From Laetmonice hystrix (Eukaryota): a stretch of DNA of 64,000 nucleotides. Shown here piece after piece: positions 53,084 through 64,000 of this stretch (the first letter of the stretch is position 1; each line of letters opens with the position of its first letter). The notes beneath the pieces are model-generated. The model saw nothing but the letters and a program-made list of their open reading frames with translations. It did no database searches and had not been told where the DNA came from. Location of the stretch: assembly GCA_965235115.1 (NCBI GenBank), contig OZ249436.1, positions 30,258,001 through 30,322,000 of the forward strand, in the 5' to 3' direction. The position numbers and the translations under genes are program-made.

Positions 53084-55170
53084 TATACTCGAGCAAATAC
53101 TACAGCGAGGACTCACCACATGTACTGACTACAGTGAGGGCTCTCTACATGTATTGGCTGGCCTTAGACTGGAGCAAACACTACAGTGAAGGCCCCCCAC
53201 ATGTATTGACTGCCCTTGGGCTGGAACAAACACTTCAGTGAGGGCTCCCTACATGTATTGACTGCCTTTCGGCTGGAGCAAACACTAGGGCCTACAGTGA
53301 GGGCTGCCAACATGGACTGACTGGCCTTATACTCGAGCAAACACTACAGTGAGGGCTCCCTACATGTATTGACTGGCCTTATTGTCGAGTAAACACTACA
53401 GTACGTGAGGGCTCTCTCCATGTAATGACTGATCTTGGACTGGAGCAAACACTAGAGTGAGGGCTGCCCACATGTATTGAGTGGCGTTATACTCGAACAA
53501 ACACTACAGTGAGGACTCCAACATGTACTGTCTGGCCTTATACTCGAGCAAACACTCCAGGGAGGGCTCCCCACATGTACTGACTGGTCTTATACTCGAG
53601 CAAACGCTACAGTGAGGGCTCTCTACATGTATTGGCTGGCTTGAGACTGAAGCAAACACTACAGTGACGGCCCCCCACATGTATTGACTGGCCTTATACT
53701 GTAGCAAACACTACAGTGAGGGCACTCCACATGTATTGACTGGCCTTATTGTCGAGCAAACACTACAGTGAGGGCTCCCTACATGTATTGACTGGCCTTA
53801 TACTCGAGCAAACACTACAGTGGGGGCATTCTACATGTATTGACCGGCCTTATTGTCGAGGAAACACAACAGTGAAGGCTCTCTAAATGTATTGAGTGGC
53901 GTCAGACTGGAACAAACACTACAGTGAGGGTTGCCCACATGGACTTAATGGTAAGCGAGCAAACACTACAGTGAGGGCTCCCCACATGGACTGTCTGGTC
54001 TTATACTTGAGTAAACACTACAGGGAGGGCTTCCCACATGTACTGACTGGTCTTATACTCGAGCAAACGCTACGGTGAGGGCTCTCTACATGTATTGGCT
54101 GGCCTTAGACTAGAGCAAACACTACAGTGAGGGCCCCCACATGTATTGACTGGCCTTATACTGGTGCAAACACTACAGTGAGGGCACTCCACATGTATTG
54201 ACTAGCCTTACTGTCGAGCAAACACTACAGTAAGGGCTCCCTACATGTATTGACTGGCCTTATACGCTAGCATACACTACAGTGTGGGCTCTCTACATGT
54301 ATTGGCTGGCCTTAGACCGGAGCAAACACTACAGTGAAGGCCCCCTACATGCATTGACTGCCCTTGGGCTGGAGCAAACACTACAGTGAGGGTTCCCTAC
54401 ATGTATTGACTGCCCTTCGGCTGGAGCAAACACCACAGTGAGGGCTGCCCACATGGACTGACTGGCCTTATACTCGAGCAAACACTACAGTGAGGGCTCC
54501 CAACATGTACTGTCTGGCCTTATACTCGAGCAAACACTACAGGGAGGGCTCCCCACATGTACTGACTGGCCTTAGACTGGAGCAAACACTACAGTGAGGG
54601 CCCCCGACATGTATTGACTGGCCTTATACTGGAGCAAACGCTACAATGAGGACACTCTACATGTATTGACTGGCCTCATTGTCGAGCAAACACTACAGTG
54701 AGGGCTCCCTCCATGTAATGACTGGCCTTGGGCTGGAGCAAACAGTACAGTAAGGGCTCCCTACATGTACTGAGTGGCGTCATACTCGAGCAAACACTAC
54801 AGTGAATGCTCTTTGGATGTATTGGCTGACCTTAGACTGGAGCAAACACTGCAGTGAAGGCTTCCTACATGAATTGCCTGCCCTTGGGCTGGAGCAAGCA
54901 CTACAGTGAGGGCTCCCTACATGTATTGACTGCCCTTCGGCTGGGGTAAACACCTTATGCTATGCGAATGGGTGCAGTAATCTTGGGTCCGGGGTTCGAT
55001 TCCTGTAGAGGACTATACAACTTTTCTCTTTAGGGACATTGTCAAAGTAATTGGGTTACCCCTGATGCCCGTGCATTTCAAAAGAAAAATACAGCGAGGG
55101 CTCCCTCCATGTAATGACTGGCCTTGGGCTGGAGCAAAGAGTACAGTGAGGGCTCCCTACATGTATTAAT
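53084..55170 (+). repeat. 52-bp satellite, ~36 diverged copies (interrupted ~54955-55090)
   Basis: Consensus tatactcgagcaaacactacagtgagggctccctacatgtattgactggcct. Confidence 0.96.
54958..55060 (+). mobile_element. Possible tRNA-derived SINE fragment within the 52-bp satellite
   Basis: Pol III B-box GGTTCGATTCC at ~54993-55003; A-box weak, no cloverleaf. Confidence 0.35.
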
Positions 55171-55854
55171 ATCAAACATTATGAAGGAATCACAATTTGT
55201 TTTCGCTTCAGTATATTATAGACCTACATTGTATTGCAGTGTATTGCCAGCTGAATCACGTATGCCATCAGATTTAATAGAGGCCTGTGTTATTGTGTAG
55301 GCCTACTATATAAACTGTATAATCTGTCATCGTAAAGTTTCTCTTTGTTATTGCGAAAGTATTGCCAGAATGTGTACATTCTTTATCGTTGTCATAGGCC
55401 GTATTCTTCAATCGTCGTGTTATGTTCTCCCCTCCCGGTCTTCGTTATCTTCACCCCTTCCTTGCCATTAGCTTTGGGGTTCTCCCACTTGGTTGAGTCT
55501 TTCTAATTGTTTTAGTTATAGGCCTACTTTTGTCATTTTCAGATATGGGCCTCTTTTTCCCACATAAACTGTCCAGGATTAATTTGGCTTCAAATGACAC
55601 TTCAGATTCTTTCCTTTAGTCGATGGAGTTCAAATATTTGTTTCAATTGCCTCGACTTCTTTGTTATGCAGAGAGCTCGTTATAACTGCAGCATGACCGA
55701 TCTTTCTTTGGTCACTGCTTTGGGTTGAGACATTGAAAATTTAATCAGATCGACTGATAGGCACGGCGTAAGGACTTATCAGGGAAAAAATCCACGATTT
55801 TAATTCTAAAGAATCTGTGATGGGAAAGGGCCTCTAGCCAAAATAATAATTTGT

Positions 55855-56110
55855 TCTACGGACAAATCTGAATATATGCGGACATTATCTAGCCGAATTC
55901 TGCGGACAAATCTGAATTTGCGGACATATCTAGCCGAATTCTTCGAACAAATATGAATTTCCGGACAAATCTACTCGTGTTTATGCGGACATATCTCAAC
56001 TTCTTGACATAACCCGCTGATTTAGATGGACACAACTACATCCGCAGACATAGGGCCTATATCTAGCCGTGACTTTTTCACTGGACAAAATTAATCTAGC
56101 CGCTTAGCCA
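55855..56110 (+). repeat. Short degenerate tandem repeats (gcggacaaatctgaatt / gcggacatatctagccg)
   Basis: Direct reading; probably subterminal repeats of a MITE. Confidence 0.7.
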
Positions 56111-57132
56111 TAACTAGCCGGAACAGGCCTAACGTTACAATTAAACCTATAGGTCTAGATGATTTAAAAAATCACTCGGAATTTCTGGATATTTTCTAAA
56201 TTTAACAACTTTTATTTTCCTGGCGGGTAAAAAAGATTAGTTTCCCTATTATTCGCCAGATGGCATGTATCTCACACAAATCACACAAAGTTTAATAGTT
56301 TCACGCCAGGGGGCGGGACTGGGTTGTATATTGGCACAAGTCGGTGTCTTTTTTGAGTGAGAGAGGGAGATGAAATAAATGGCGTTGGTTTCAGCTAGTT
56401 GTCATCTTCTTTTAACATGCCAGATCACAAATAAATCTATGCTTTCCAAGAATAAACCTTACCGGGGTACATTAAAATACGCCTCACAAAATTGAATCAT
56501 AAGGACACAATTCACATCGATAACATGTCCTTGTAAAAGGCTTAGGCCTATATATTTAATTTCTTTAGTGTTGAAGTTTAATTTTCCTTCTTTCGTTTTT
56601 ATTATTTTTCTTATGCCTAATAGATTTCAATGCTCAAACTGATATGCACTTGCCGAGGTACCCCCTCTCCTCCTAGAAAAAATAGGTCATAATTGGCTTT
56701 GAAGGGCAATAGTTAGACAAGTTATCCTAATCCGTTATGCACTTCGCTCCCTATAGTAGCGAAGCGGAGAACTGACTGGGGTGACTTGTCTAACTAGGCA
56801 AATTCTGGATCCACCCTGGGAGAGGGGGGGGGGGGTCCTTGGCTATGAATTGCACTTGAATGACATCCTCTGTAGGCCACCATCAATACCCCAAACAGCG
56901 AATATGGAGCGAGCACTGCCCTGACAGAAGCTAAGCCCAATGGTGTCAGTTTCTGGTGTGACACAACCTTTCAAAGTCGGGTCCGTTACTCCGTGCGTGG
57001 GCGGAATCAATATCTCAATATCTGTAGTAGGGAGTCAGCTCGGCAGAATGCGTGCCCAAATCAACGAGCTGCATGCCTGTAGTAGGCCTACTTCAACACA
57101 TATTAAAGTGCACTGTACATTATAATGGAGGG

Positions 57133-57310
57133 CAGCGGTGGGTCCAGTGGGGGAAGAGCGCTTTTGGGGCTTTAGCTGACTTGTAAAAATAGAAGTTTCT
57201 AAATTCTAAAGGAAAGATTTCCGCCTCCTATATATTGTGCAATGTATACTGTGGCACAACCTTCCCCGCTCCCCTCCCCTCCCCGGTGAGAAATCCTGGA
57301 TCGGCCCCTG
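57133..57310. mobile_element. MITE of the CAGTGGCGGATCCAG family
   Basis: cagcggtgggtccag / ctggatcggcccctg; flanks gaggg / gagag. Confidence 0.6.
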
Positions 57311-58709
57311 GAGAGCCCCCGTGTTTAGCACTAGCCCCTAGCCAATTAAGTGTTGGGCTAATTAAGGCAATTAAGCCTCAACCGATAGTACTGTATTTTC
57401 CTGGTATAGGCTTTTATTGATTATGGAGTTCATGTTCTCAGAATTCATTGGCTAAATTTTAATTACTGCCCTTTCCCGTACTTCCTTTACTGTACTTTAA
57501 AACGTTCATAGGCAACGCTGTGTCGTCTTTTGGACTTTCTGTTGTTAATGTAATTTCCATGTGGAATGGTCGTGGGAGAGCGATTAGGTGTGTTATACAT
57601 AGGGCTATAGCGTGATGAGAAGTGGGGAAATATGGTTTGATTTTCTTGCCCCATTGTTTACAATTAAATGAAGGTAACAATTCCGAAAAAAATCATAAAT
57701 TATTAATTGTACACTTTCAAAAAATACAATAAAAATATATTTTTTAAATTCGACTGAAATATTTCCTGAACCACCGTCAGATCCGCCATTTGACATACTT
57801 TTATTACCCACATTGTAGATATGGCGACATACTTCAGTTATTCCTATTCACATCATTGTGAGTGCTTTTTTGGTTCAATTAGTATATCATTTCCGAGATT
57901 CTACGTCAGGGTAGATCTAATCTATACTCTTATCTCATATAACTCATTTTGCTACGCGCTAGAAATGCTAGGGAAAAAGAATGCTTCATTTTTATTTGAA
58001 TACAATTGAACGTCCTATCTATAATAATATATGAATACAATGGATCCATGCAGAATCAGATTATCTGTTCGTATGGTCTGAGAGCGAAACTGAGAAGGTA
58101 TTGAAAATGGGACGGTGGGTGGGTCTGTCAATCGAATGGTGGGGTGGGCGGGTCTGAATTTCATTGGCTGCCCAAGTCAATGCCAGGTCAACAACCAGCC
58201 ATGAGACGTTCGCTTCATGGCGACAACAGGCAACTGGAATTGTTGAATTTCATTAGATTTCTCCATTTTTGTGGGTAAACATTTATTGATTTATGTAGTC
58301 TAATGCCTTATCTTACCTAACAGCCGATGTCTGCATTTTGAAGTCATTGAAATGAAAGATGCTGGGTGATTGCTTTAATCAATTCACAGGTTCGTATTCA
58401 AACTAAGCCGTTAGAGTTCCACACAGCCTCGTCACCCTGCAGGTGAGGTGACATTTGGAAAATTTCATATCTCCTATAGCGACATTGACTTAAAACTCGG
58501 AATCAGTACCTGAGGTCTACGGCGTGAGGCAGATGTAAGAAATGTCACGTTTGGCCCTATAAATGTTAGTGGGGGGGGGGGGGGGTTCGGCCGGGGGAGG
58601 GGTTCCTCCATGTTACCATGCCACCCGTTCAGCTCCACTCCGTAATAAACAATGAGCGCGTTGTTCTCAAGACGTCTGTGCCATGGGGTATACATACCGG
58701 TATATAGCT

Positions 58710-58967
58710 ACCCCACCCCCACCCCCACCCCCACCCCCACCCCCACCCCCACTCCATCCAACTCCACCCCATCCAAACCCGACTCCATCTAGCCCCCGCC
58801 GCCCCCACACCACTAGCCCCCCCCCCCGCCTCCCCACCCCCACACCACTACCCCCCCCCCCCGCCTCCCCCTACCCCCCCCCCCCGCCTCCCCCACACCA
58901 CTAGCCCCCCCCCCCGCCTCCCCCACCCCCACACTACTACCCCCCCCCCGCCTCCCCCACACCACTA
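58710..58967 (+). repeat. C-rich simple/minisatellite repeat
   Basis: (ccccca)n followed by cccccacaccactagccccc...gcct units. Confidence 0.9.
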
Positions 58968-59673
58968 GGCACGAAGACAATCAGCCCATGCCAGCTCGCA
59001 TTGCAGGCCTGTCATTTTAGAAAGACCAACATGAATGGTCGGCTCTTGCGACCCCCCCCCCCCCTTTCCTCCGCCCCAAAAAAATCTGACGAGAAAACCT
59101 TCCCTGGAAGGACCCGTTCATAGTACCGCCATTCGTGCAGGTTTCTGGGTCGCTACCCCTCAACTATGTCTCCCTCTACATGCACGCTGGTCTGCACTGA
59201 TGGCTAGACCGGCTGAGGATGCGTGAGAGTGGGTTCCTATATAATACCGGCCCAAGGTACAAAAGCCTAGTCTATACAACCCCTCTGTGTGGCCCGAATC
59301 TATGTCAATCAGTTGGGGCACGACATTCCCACCTCGCTATTTGAACATCAATTCACTGCGGTCGTGTGAAGGCGACTTTGTTGGAAGAAGTGCAGGGCCC
59401 CAGATGTAGATAAATCACGTGGACCGTAGTCGGTTCTGACCCAGTTGTTCACTGATTGAGTCTGGTTGAGACCGACCGGGGCTCAGCATGTAGGCCTCCA
59501 CTATATCCTTGAGATTACGGCATGCAGAACGACGTCTATAGAACAGCGCTCGGTTTAATATAGTGTAATTCTATATAACAAAATAATAAAGCCATTGGAA
59601 GTTTGGAGAAGGATTATGGAACCCTGTATCTACGTTTATCACACGGAGTACCTTAGATCCGAATCAAATACGC

Positions 59674-59948
59674 CAGGGCCGGGTCCGGGGGGGAGGGTTG
59701 TGGGGGTTGCAACCCCCCTTAGAACCCCCCCCCCAAAAAAAAAGAAAAAAGAAAAGAAAAGGAAACAAAGGTGTCAAATGTTCGTCCTCTAGCCCAGAAA
59801 CCACGCGTGTACAGTGTAAATCTAGAATCTAAAGCGATAAGTAACCTAACGTTATATTTCATAAAATAGGCCTAAGAATAATTTCGGACTTGACGACTGC
59901 AACTCCCCCCCCCCCCCCCTTAAAAAAAAAATCCTGGAGCCGGCCCTG
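59674..59948. mobile_element. MITE of the CAGTGGCGGATCCAG family
   Basis: cagggccgggtcc / ggagccggccctg; flanks tacgc / tacgt. Confidence 0.7.
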
Positions 59949-61502
59949 TACGTGTACATAGACAAGGCTTGGATGGTTTTTATTGTAGGCCTACCACATA
60001 ATTTACGTCCTCAGGCGGGATCATTTTACAAATATTGAAAGTATCATATCGGTCTCACTTGTTTTAAAATAAAGTCTGATCTGAACAAATTCCAACATGA
60101 CAACGGACAGGGGGAAAAATTGTGGCAAGCTCACTGAAACAATATACTGAAAGTTCTTGAGTTATCCTGAAGTATTTCCACAATCACATAGGCCTATTTT
60201 TGATCTACACACCGAAATCGGAAACTACAGCCGTGAATATAATGAAAGGGCTGCTACAGTTTACGATCTTAGGATGGAACTATACCTCAGGTGTTATAAT
60301 ATAACTGCTACCGCATCCGTTTTCCTCAACTTAGTTTTTACATAGGCCTACATTGGAATGTCTCAGAAATGTCGCAATGAACAAATCCATGACTGATAAA
60401 TTCTTAAATAAATATAGCATCGAGAATATATTTGTAGATACAATTGATATAGACAGTGATTTAAAGACAAACCAGGTGTGCCGGTAAACTTTTATAGATA
60501 ACAAATCGTGTCCTAACCTCTTGCTCCGCATCTCCGGCCTCGACATGGCGAGCGGTGTCACCATTTGGCGTTTAGAGATCCATCATAGAAACAAGAAACC
60601 GTCTTCCCGAGTGGCGTCAGTGGTGTGCCTCATTGTTGGTTACCCACCCCTAGGCGTTCCCTTTCATTTAATTTCTATACGAGCGTTACTGTCCCATGAA
60701 AGATTTATTATTTTCGAAATATGTGTCACTGGCACGAAATCCAAGACCGATGCATCAATCCACTATATTCGCTTCACCGCTGACCCAGAAGTTGTGCCCG
60801 CTGCACCGGCCTGCCGCTTTGTGCGCACCTCTGTGATCGGTGTCCAAACTCCCATTGATTGCATAACGTTATTAAAGACGTAGGGCCGACGTCGGCACGT
60901 GAAATTGATTATCTCTGTGATCAACAACCAGTTGGCAACATACAGGCGGCGCGTTGCCCTTCGGTAATCTCGCTTTCTCTCTCTGTCTCTGTCTCTCTAC
61001 CTGTTTATGTCTGTCTGTCTATAGCTGTCGGTCTGTCTGTCTGCTGTCTGTCCGTCTCTCTGTTCCATCTCCCTATCGCTCTCGTGGAGAAAAGAAACTT
61101 CTACATTATAGGCCTACCTTTTAGTTTCATCAGAACAATAACTTTTTCGCTCTTTCTTCTAAATCTATATTTGCGAAGTCGATGCGATTTGGTCATCACC
61201 ATTTTATTTTCCTGTGACTTTGAGATTAAAGGATGGAACCCATTTCCAGAAACAGGGAAGGCCATGCAGAGTGAAATTAAATCAAAAACCGTATGGCCAT
61301 CGCAAGGACAACCGCCTAAGTAGTGCATAAACCTGCATGGCCTGTATGGCGCCAAATATCCCATCTGGATGAAAATTGCCCAGAAGTTGTGAAACGTTTT
61401 ATCTTCAACCCCATGATATAGGCCTACACGGTATACGACAAATCGTCGGGTTAAAAACTGTCGTGATCGTCGTAAGTCGTAAATTGTGCCTTTCATACCT
61501 TA

Positions 61503-61699
61503 AGCCGCTTTCACATGCACACGGTTTGCGGTGTGCGGCATGCGGCGTGCGTTTTTGCAAAAATGGAACAACTGAAAATAGATATAACCGTTCACATGTC
61601 TCCGGTTTGCGGCGTGCGGCGATTTACATTGGCTACATTATTAACAAAAACGCACGCCGCATGCCGCACGCCGCACATCGTATGCATGTGAAAGCGGCT
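61503..61699. mobile_element. Palindromic MITE with TTA target duplication (PIF/Harbinger-like)
   Basis: TIR agccgctttcacatgca / tgcatgtgaaagcggct; TTA both sides. Confidence 0.88.
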
Positions 61700-62127
61700 T
61701 TACCCCAGTCCCAGTAGGAGATACAACTTACAACATGACACGACCAGGCTGCGACTGTAAATCGCAGGCAATCTCAGAAAAGTCCTGCCACAAGTCCTGG
61801 GTGGTCGTGGTTAGTCTTGAATATTCGCACAACCAAAATCAGTCGCAGAGAGGTTGTGGATCATGTGCAACAACCTGGCTGCGACTGGCGACTGAAGAAG
61901 TCGCAGCCTAGTCGTCACTTGTGCGACGGTCGTGCGATGGTCTTGGGACAAGACTGTGGTGGTTGCACATTGTTATGACTGATCGTAGGATTATCCTGTC
62001 GTACAACAATTACACGACTTTCCCCGACCAGTCTCAGGACTTGTTTTGCGACTAGAGCTGATAGCACGACCAGTCGCATCGTCATGCGAGACAAGTCGTG
62101 CGACGGGCCCTTACCACTCGCACGTAA

Positions 62128-62752
62128 AGCCTAGGTCCCACTAGGACCTGCGATTCCCTGCGATTAGTTCAGTCGTGCGACTAGGGCTAGTCGTGGGTAG
62201 TCGTCCATATTTCTTGCGATTTGAATGTACCGGTCACATTGTAAGACCAGTCAGGAGACCTAGAAGACCTTACCCCGCTGATTAGTCTTGACCAGTGGCA
62301 GAAACAACGCAGGACAACTCACAGGTAGTCATACGAGTTGTCCTCCAGTTGCACGACTTGTCTTCCTTCTTCCCCCGCCTGGTCGTCCACCCAGGTCTGG
62401 TCGCACGACAGGTCGTGCCAGTGGTCGGAGACAGTTGTGCGATTGTCCTGCGACAAAAGTTTCCTACGTACATGTCACCCATGACAATGAACCAGAGATT
62501 TGTGCCCAAACCATCGCACGACCATCGCAGGGCAACTGATGACTAGGTTGCGACAGGATGCGACAGGATGCGACAGGATGCGACTACTTCAGTCGCAGGC
62601 AGGTTGTTGCACATGATCAACAACCTCCCTGCGATGGATTTTGGTCGTGCGACTATGGAGGACTACCCACGACCACCCAGGCCTTGTGGCAGAACCTTGT
62701 CGTACAAAAGGACTGGTCGCGGGTAATCGCAGGTTCTAGTGGGACTGGGGAT
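62128..62752. mobile_element. MITE with ~40-bp imperfect TIRs and TAA/TTA flanks (PIF/Harbinger-like)
   Basis: gtcccactaggacctgcgatt / aatcgcaggttctagtgggac; a related partial copy starts at ~61703. Confidence 0.7.
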
Positions 62753-63627
62753 TTACGACAGTTATCTGCGACGAATCGTTGGGTCGGAAGAAATCTAGCA
62801 GCGCTAGATTTGTCACGATAAATTGTGACAGACAAATCGTCTCAGACAAATTGTCGTAACGTGTGTCACCGCCCCCCCCCCCCTCCCACATGCAGTCGTT
62901 ATTCGTATGTTCCTCGTCCAATCAGACCGGTCTGTTTGGATCATGTGACTGGTCGGTATAATCGTCGTAACGTCTATCACCCCCTTCCCCGTCGTCGTAG
63001 CCGACAAATAATATTATTGTCGGCGACAAAAAAATCGTAACGTGTAGGCCTATCATGTGCTTCATTGTATGATGTGGTATATCTCTGCAATGAAGGTAGT
63101 CACGGCATGACGGCCGCCGGTCGGGACGTGTGCCCGCCTTCCCGTCATGAGTCAGTGACTGCAAAATGTATAAATAATATTGGCAGCGACCGGTTCAGGG
63201 CTCCACTTAAGATTTTTCCCCCTCACTAATGAAGAGACTCTGAGACAAACTATATGTATCTTCGTGTCTACTGTTATAACCTTAGGCATCAAGTTAGACG
63301 TTTTTTATTGGTTTTCGTACAGGCTTCTATGGATATATCTTAGTTATACATTTTAATGTATCATATATTGTCTGAAATTCTTTCAGAATAGAACACATTG
63401 GATAAGGAGACATAGGCCTACGTACATTTATAAACTGTAAAAGATCAAGCCCATGAAGACACCTGACTCCCCCTCTTTTAAACTCTCTTTTTCTCATTTA
63501 TGTGGCCTTTTAAGTAGGGCAACCCTCAATTGTAATACCTCAAATGCAATGGTCCAATAATCCTGCAAAGTCTCCATTCTGCTATCGTTATTATGTCAAG
63601 GGGTTTAATCCAATGAGGTCCACATGC

Positions 63628-63778
63628 CAGTGACGGATCCAGGGGGTTGGGGGTTATACCTCCCTGGCAACCATGCATTTTTTTCTTTAGAATTTTCTGA
63701 ATTGACCATGCTGAGCCCCCCCCCTAGAATATTCTTCACCTAACCCCCTCCCTTACCAAAATCCTGGATCCGCCCCTA
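63628..63778. mobile_element. MITE of the CAGTGGCGGATCCAG family with 5-bp target duplication catgc
   Basis: cagtgacggatccagg / cctggatccgccccta; catgc both sides; empty paralogous site at ~63982. Confidence 0.85.
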
Positions 63779-64000
63779 CATGCGACTGTGGACATGTAGT
63801 AAAGACAGAACGCGAGTTGTTCAAGATTTGTACCATTTCTCTCTAATTTGTGTGGCCTTTGGGGCAGTAACACACAAAATGCAATGGTCTCTGTCGCTGA
63901 GTCCTATAATTCTGCAAATTCTTCATTCTGCCATCGTTCTATATTATATAAGTGTGAAGGATTTTAATCCAATGAGGCAGACATGCGACTATGGACGGGA

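Noticed and set aside
47841..53119. Dozens of near-identical 86-aa ORFs (MCQIRQSPADSN...)
   Set aside because: By-products of the 157-bp repeat (not a multiple of 3); non-ATG starts, overlapping, and they switch strand with the array
54958..55030. tRNA gene
   Set aside because: Only a B-box/T-arm-like motif; no acceptor or anticodon stem could be folded
53084..55170. CRISPR-like appearance of the 52-bp array
   Set aside because: The whole unit is repeated with no unique spacers; no cas genes; eukaryotic context
58683..58904. Polyproline ORF
   Set aside because: C-rich simple repeat with no exon support

Overview
Eukaryotic (probably invertebrate animal) genomic DNA, repeat-rich, with two spliced protein-coding genes that can be reconstructed exon by exon. 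(1) + strand 288-3134: last four coding exons of a single-pass membrane protein with EGF-like domains, a transmembrane helix and a Ser/Asp-rich tail ending -TRL. (2) - strand 42541-38357: a complete 10-coding-exon SLC22-family organic cation transporter (1692 nt CDS, 563 aa, all introns GT-AG, phases consistent). The rest is non-autonomous DNA transposons/MITEs, a Helitron/Helentron-like element, and micro/minisatellites. The most striking structure is a ~5.2 kb near-palindromic foldback element (47850-53083) whose arms are opposed arrays of a 157-bp unit capped by matching termini. A second unusual signal is the ~27 copies of TAGGCCTA plus related TA-x-TA words; paralog comparisons inside the window show them to be tiny insertions at TA sites. 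No CRISPR array, rRNA, intact tRNA or intact transposase was found. All coordinates, counts and alignments were done by eye.
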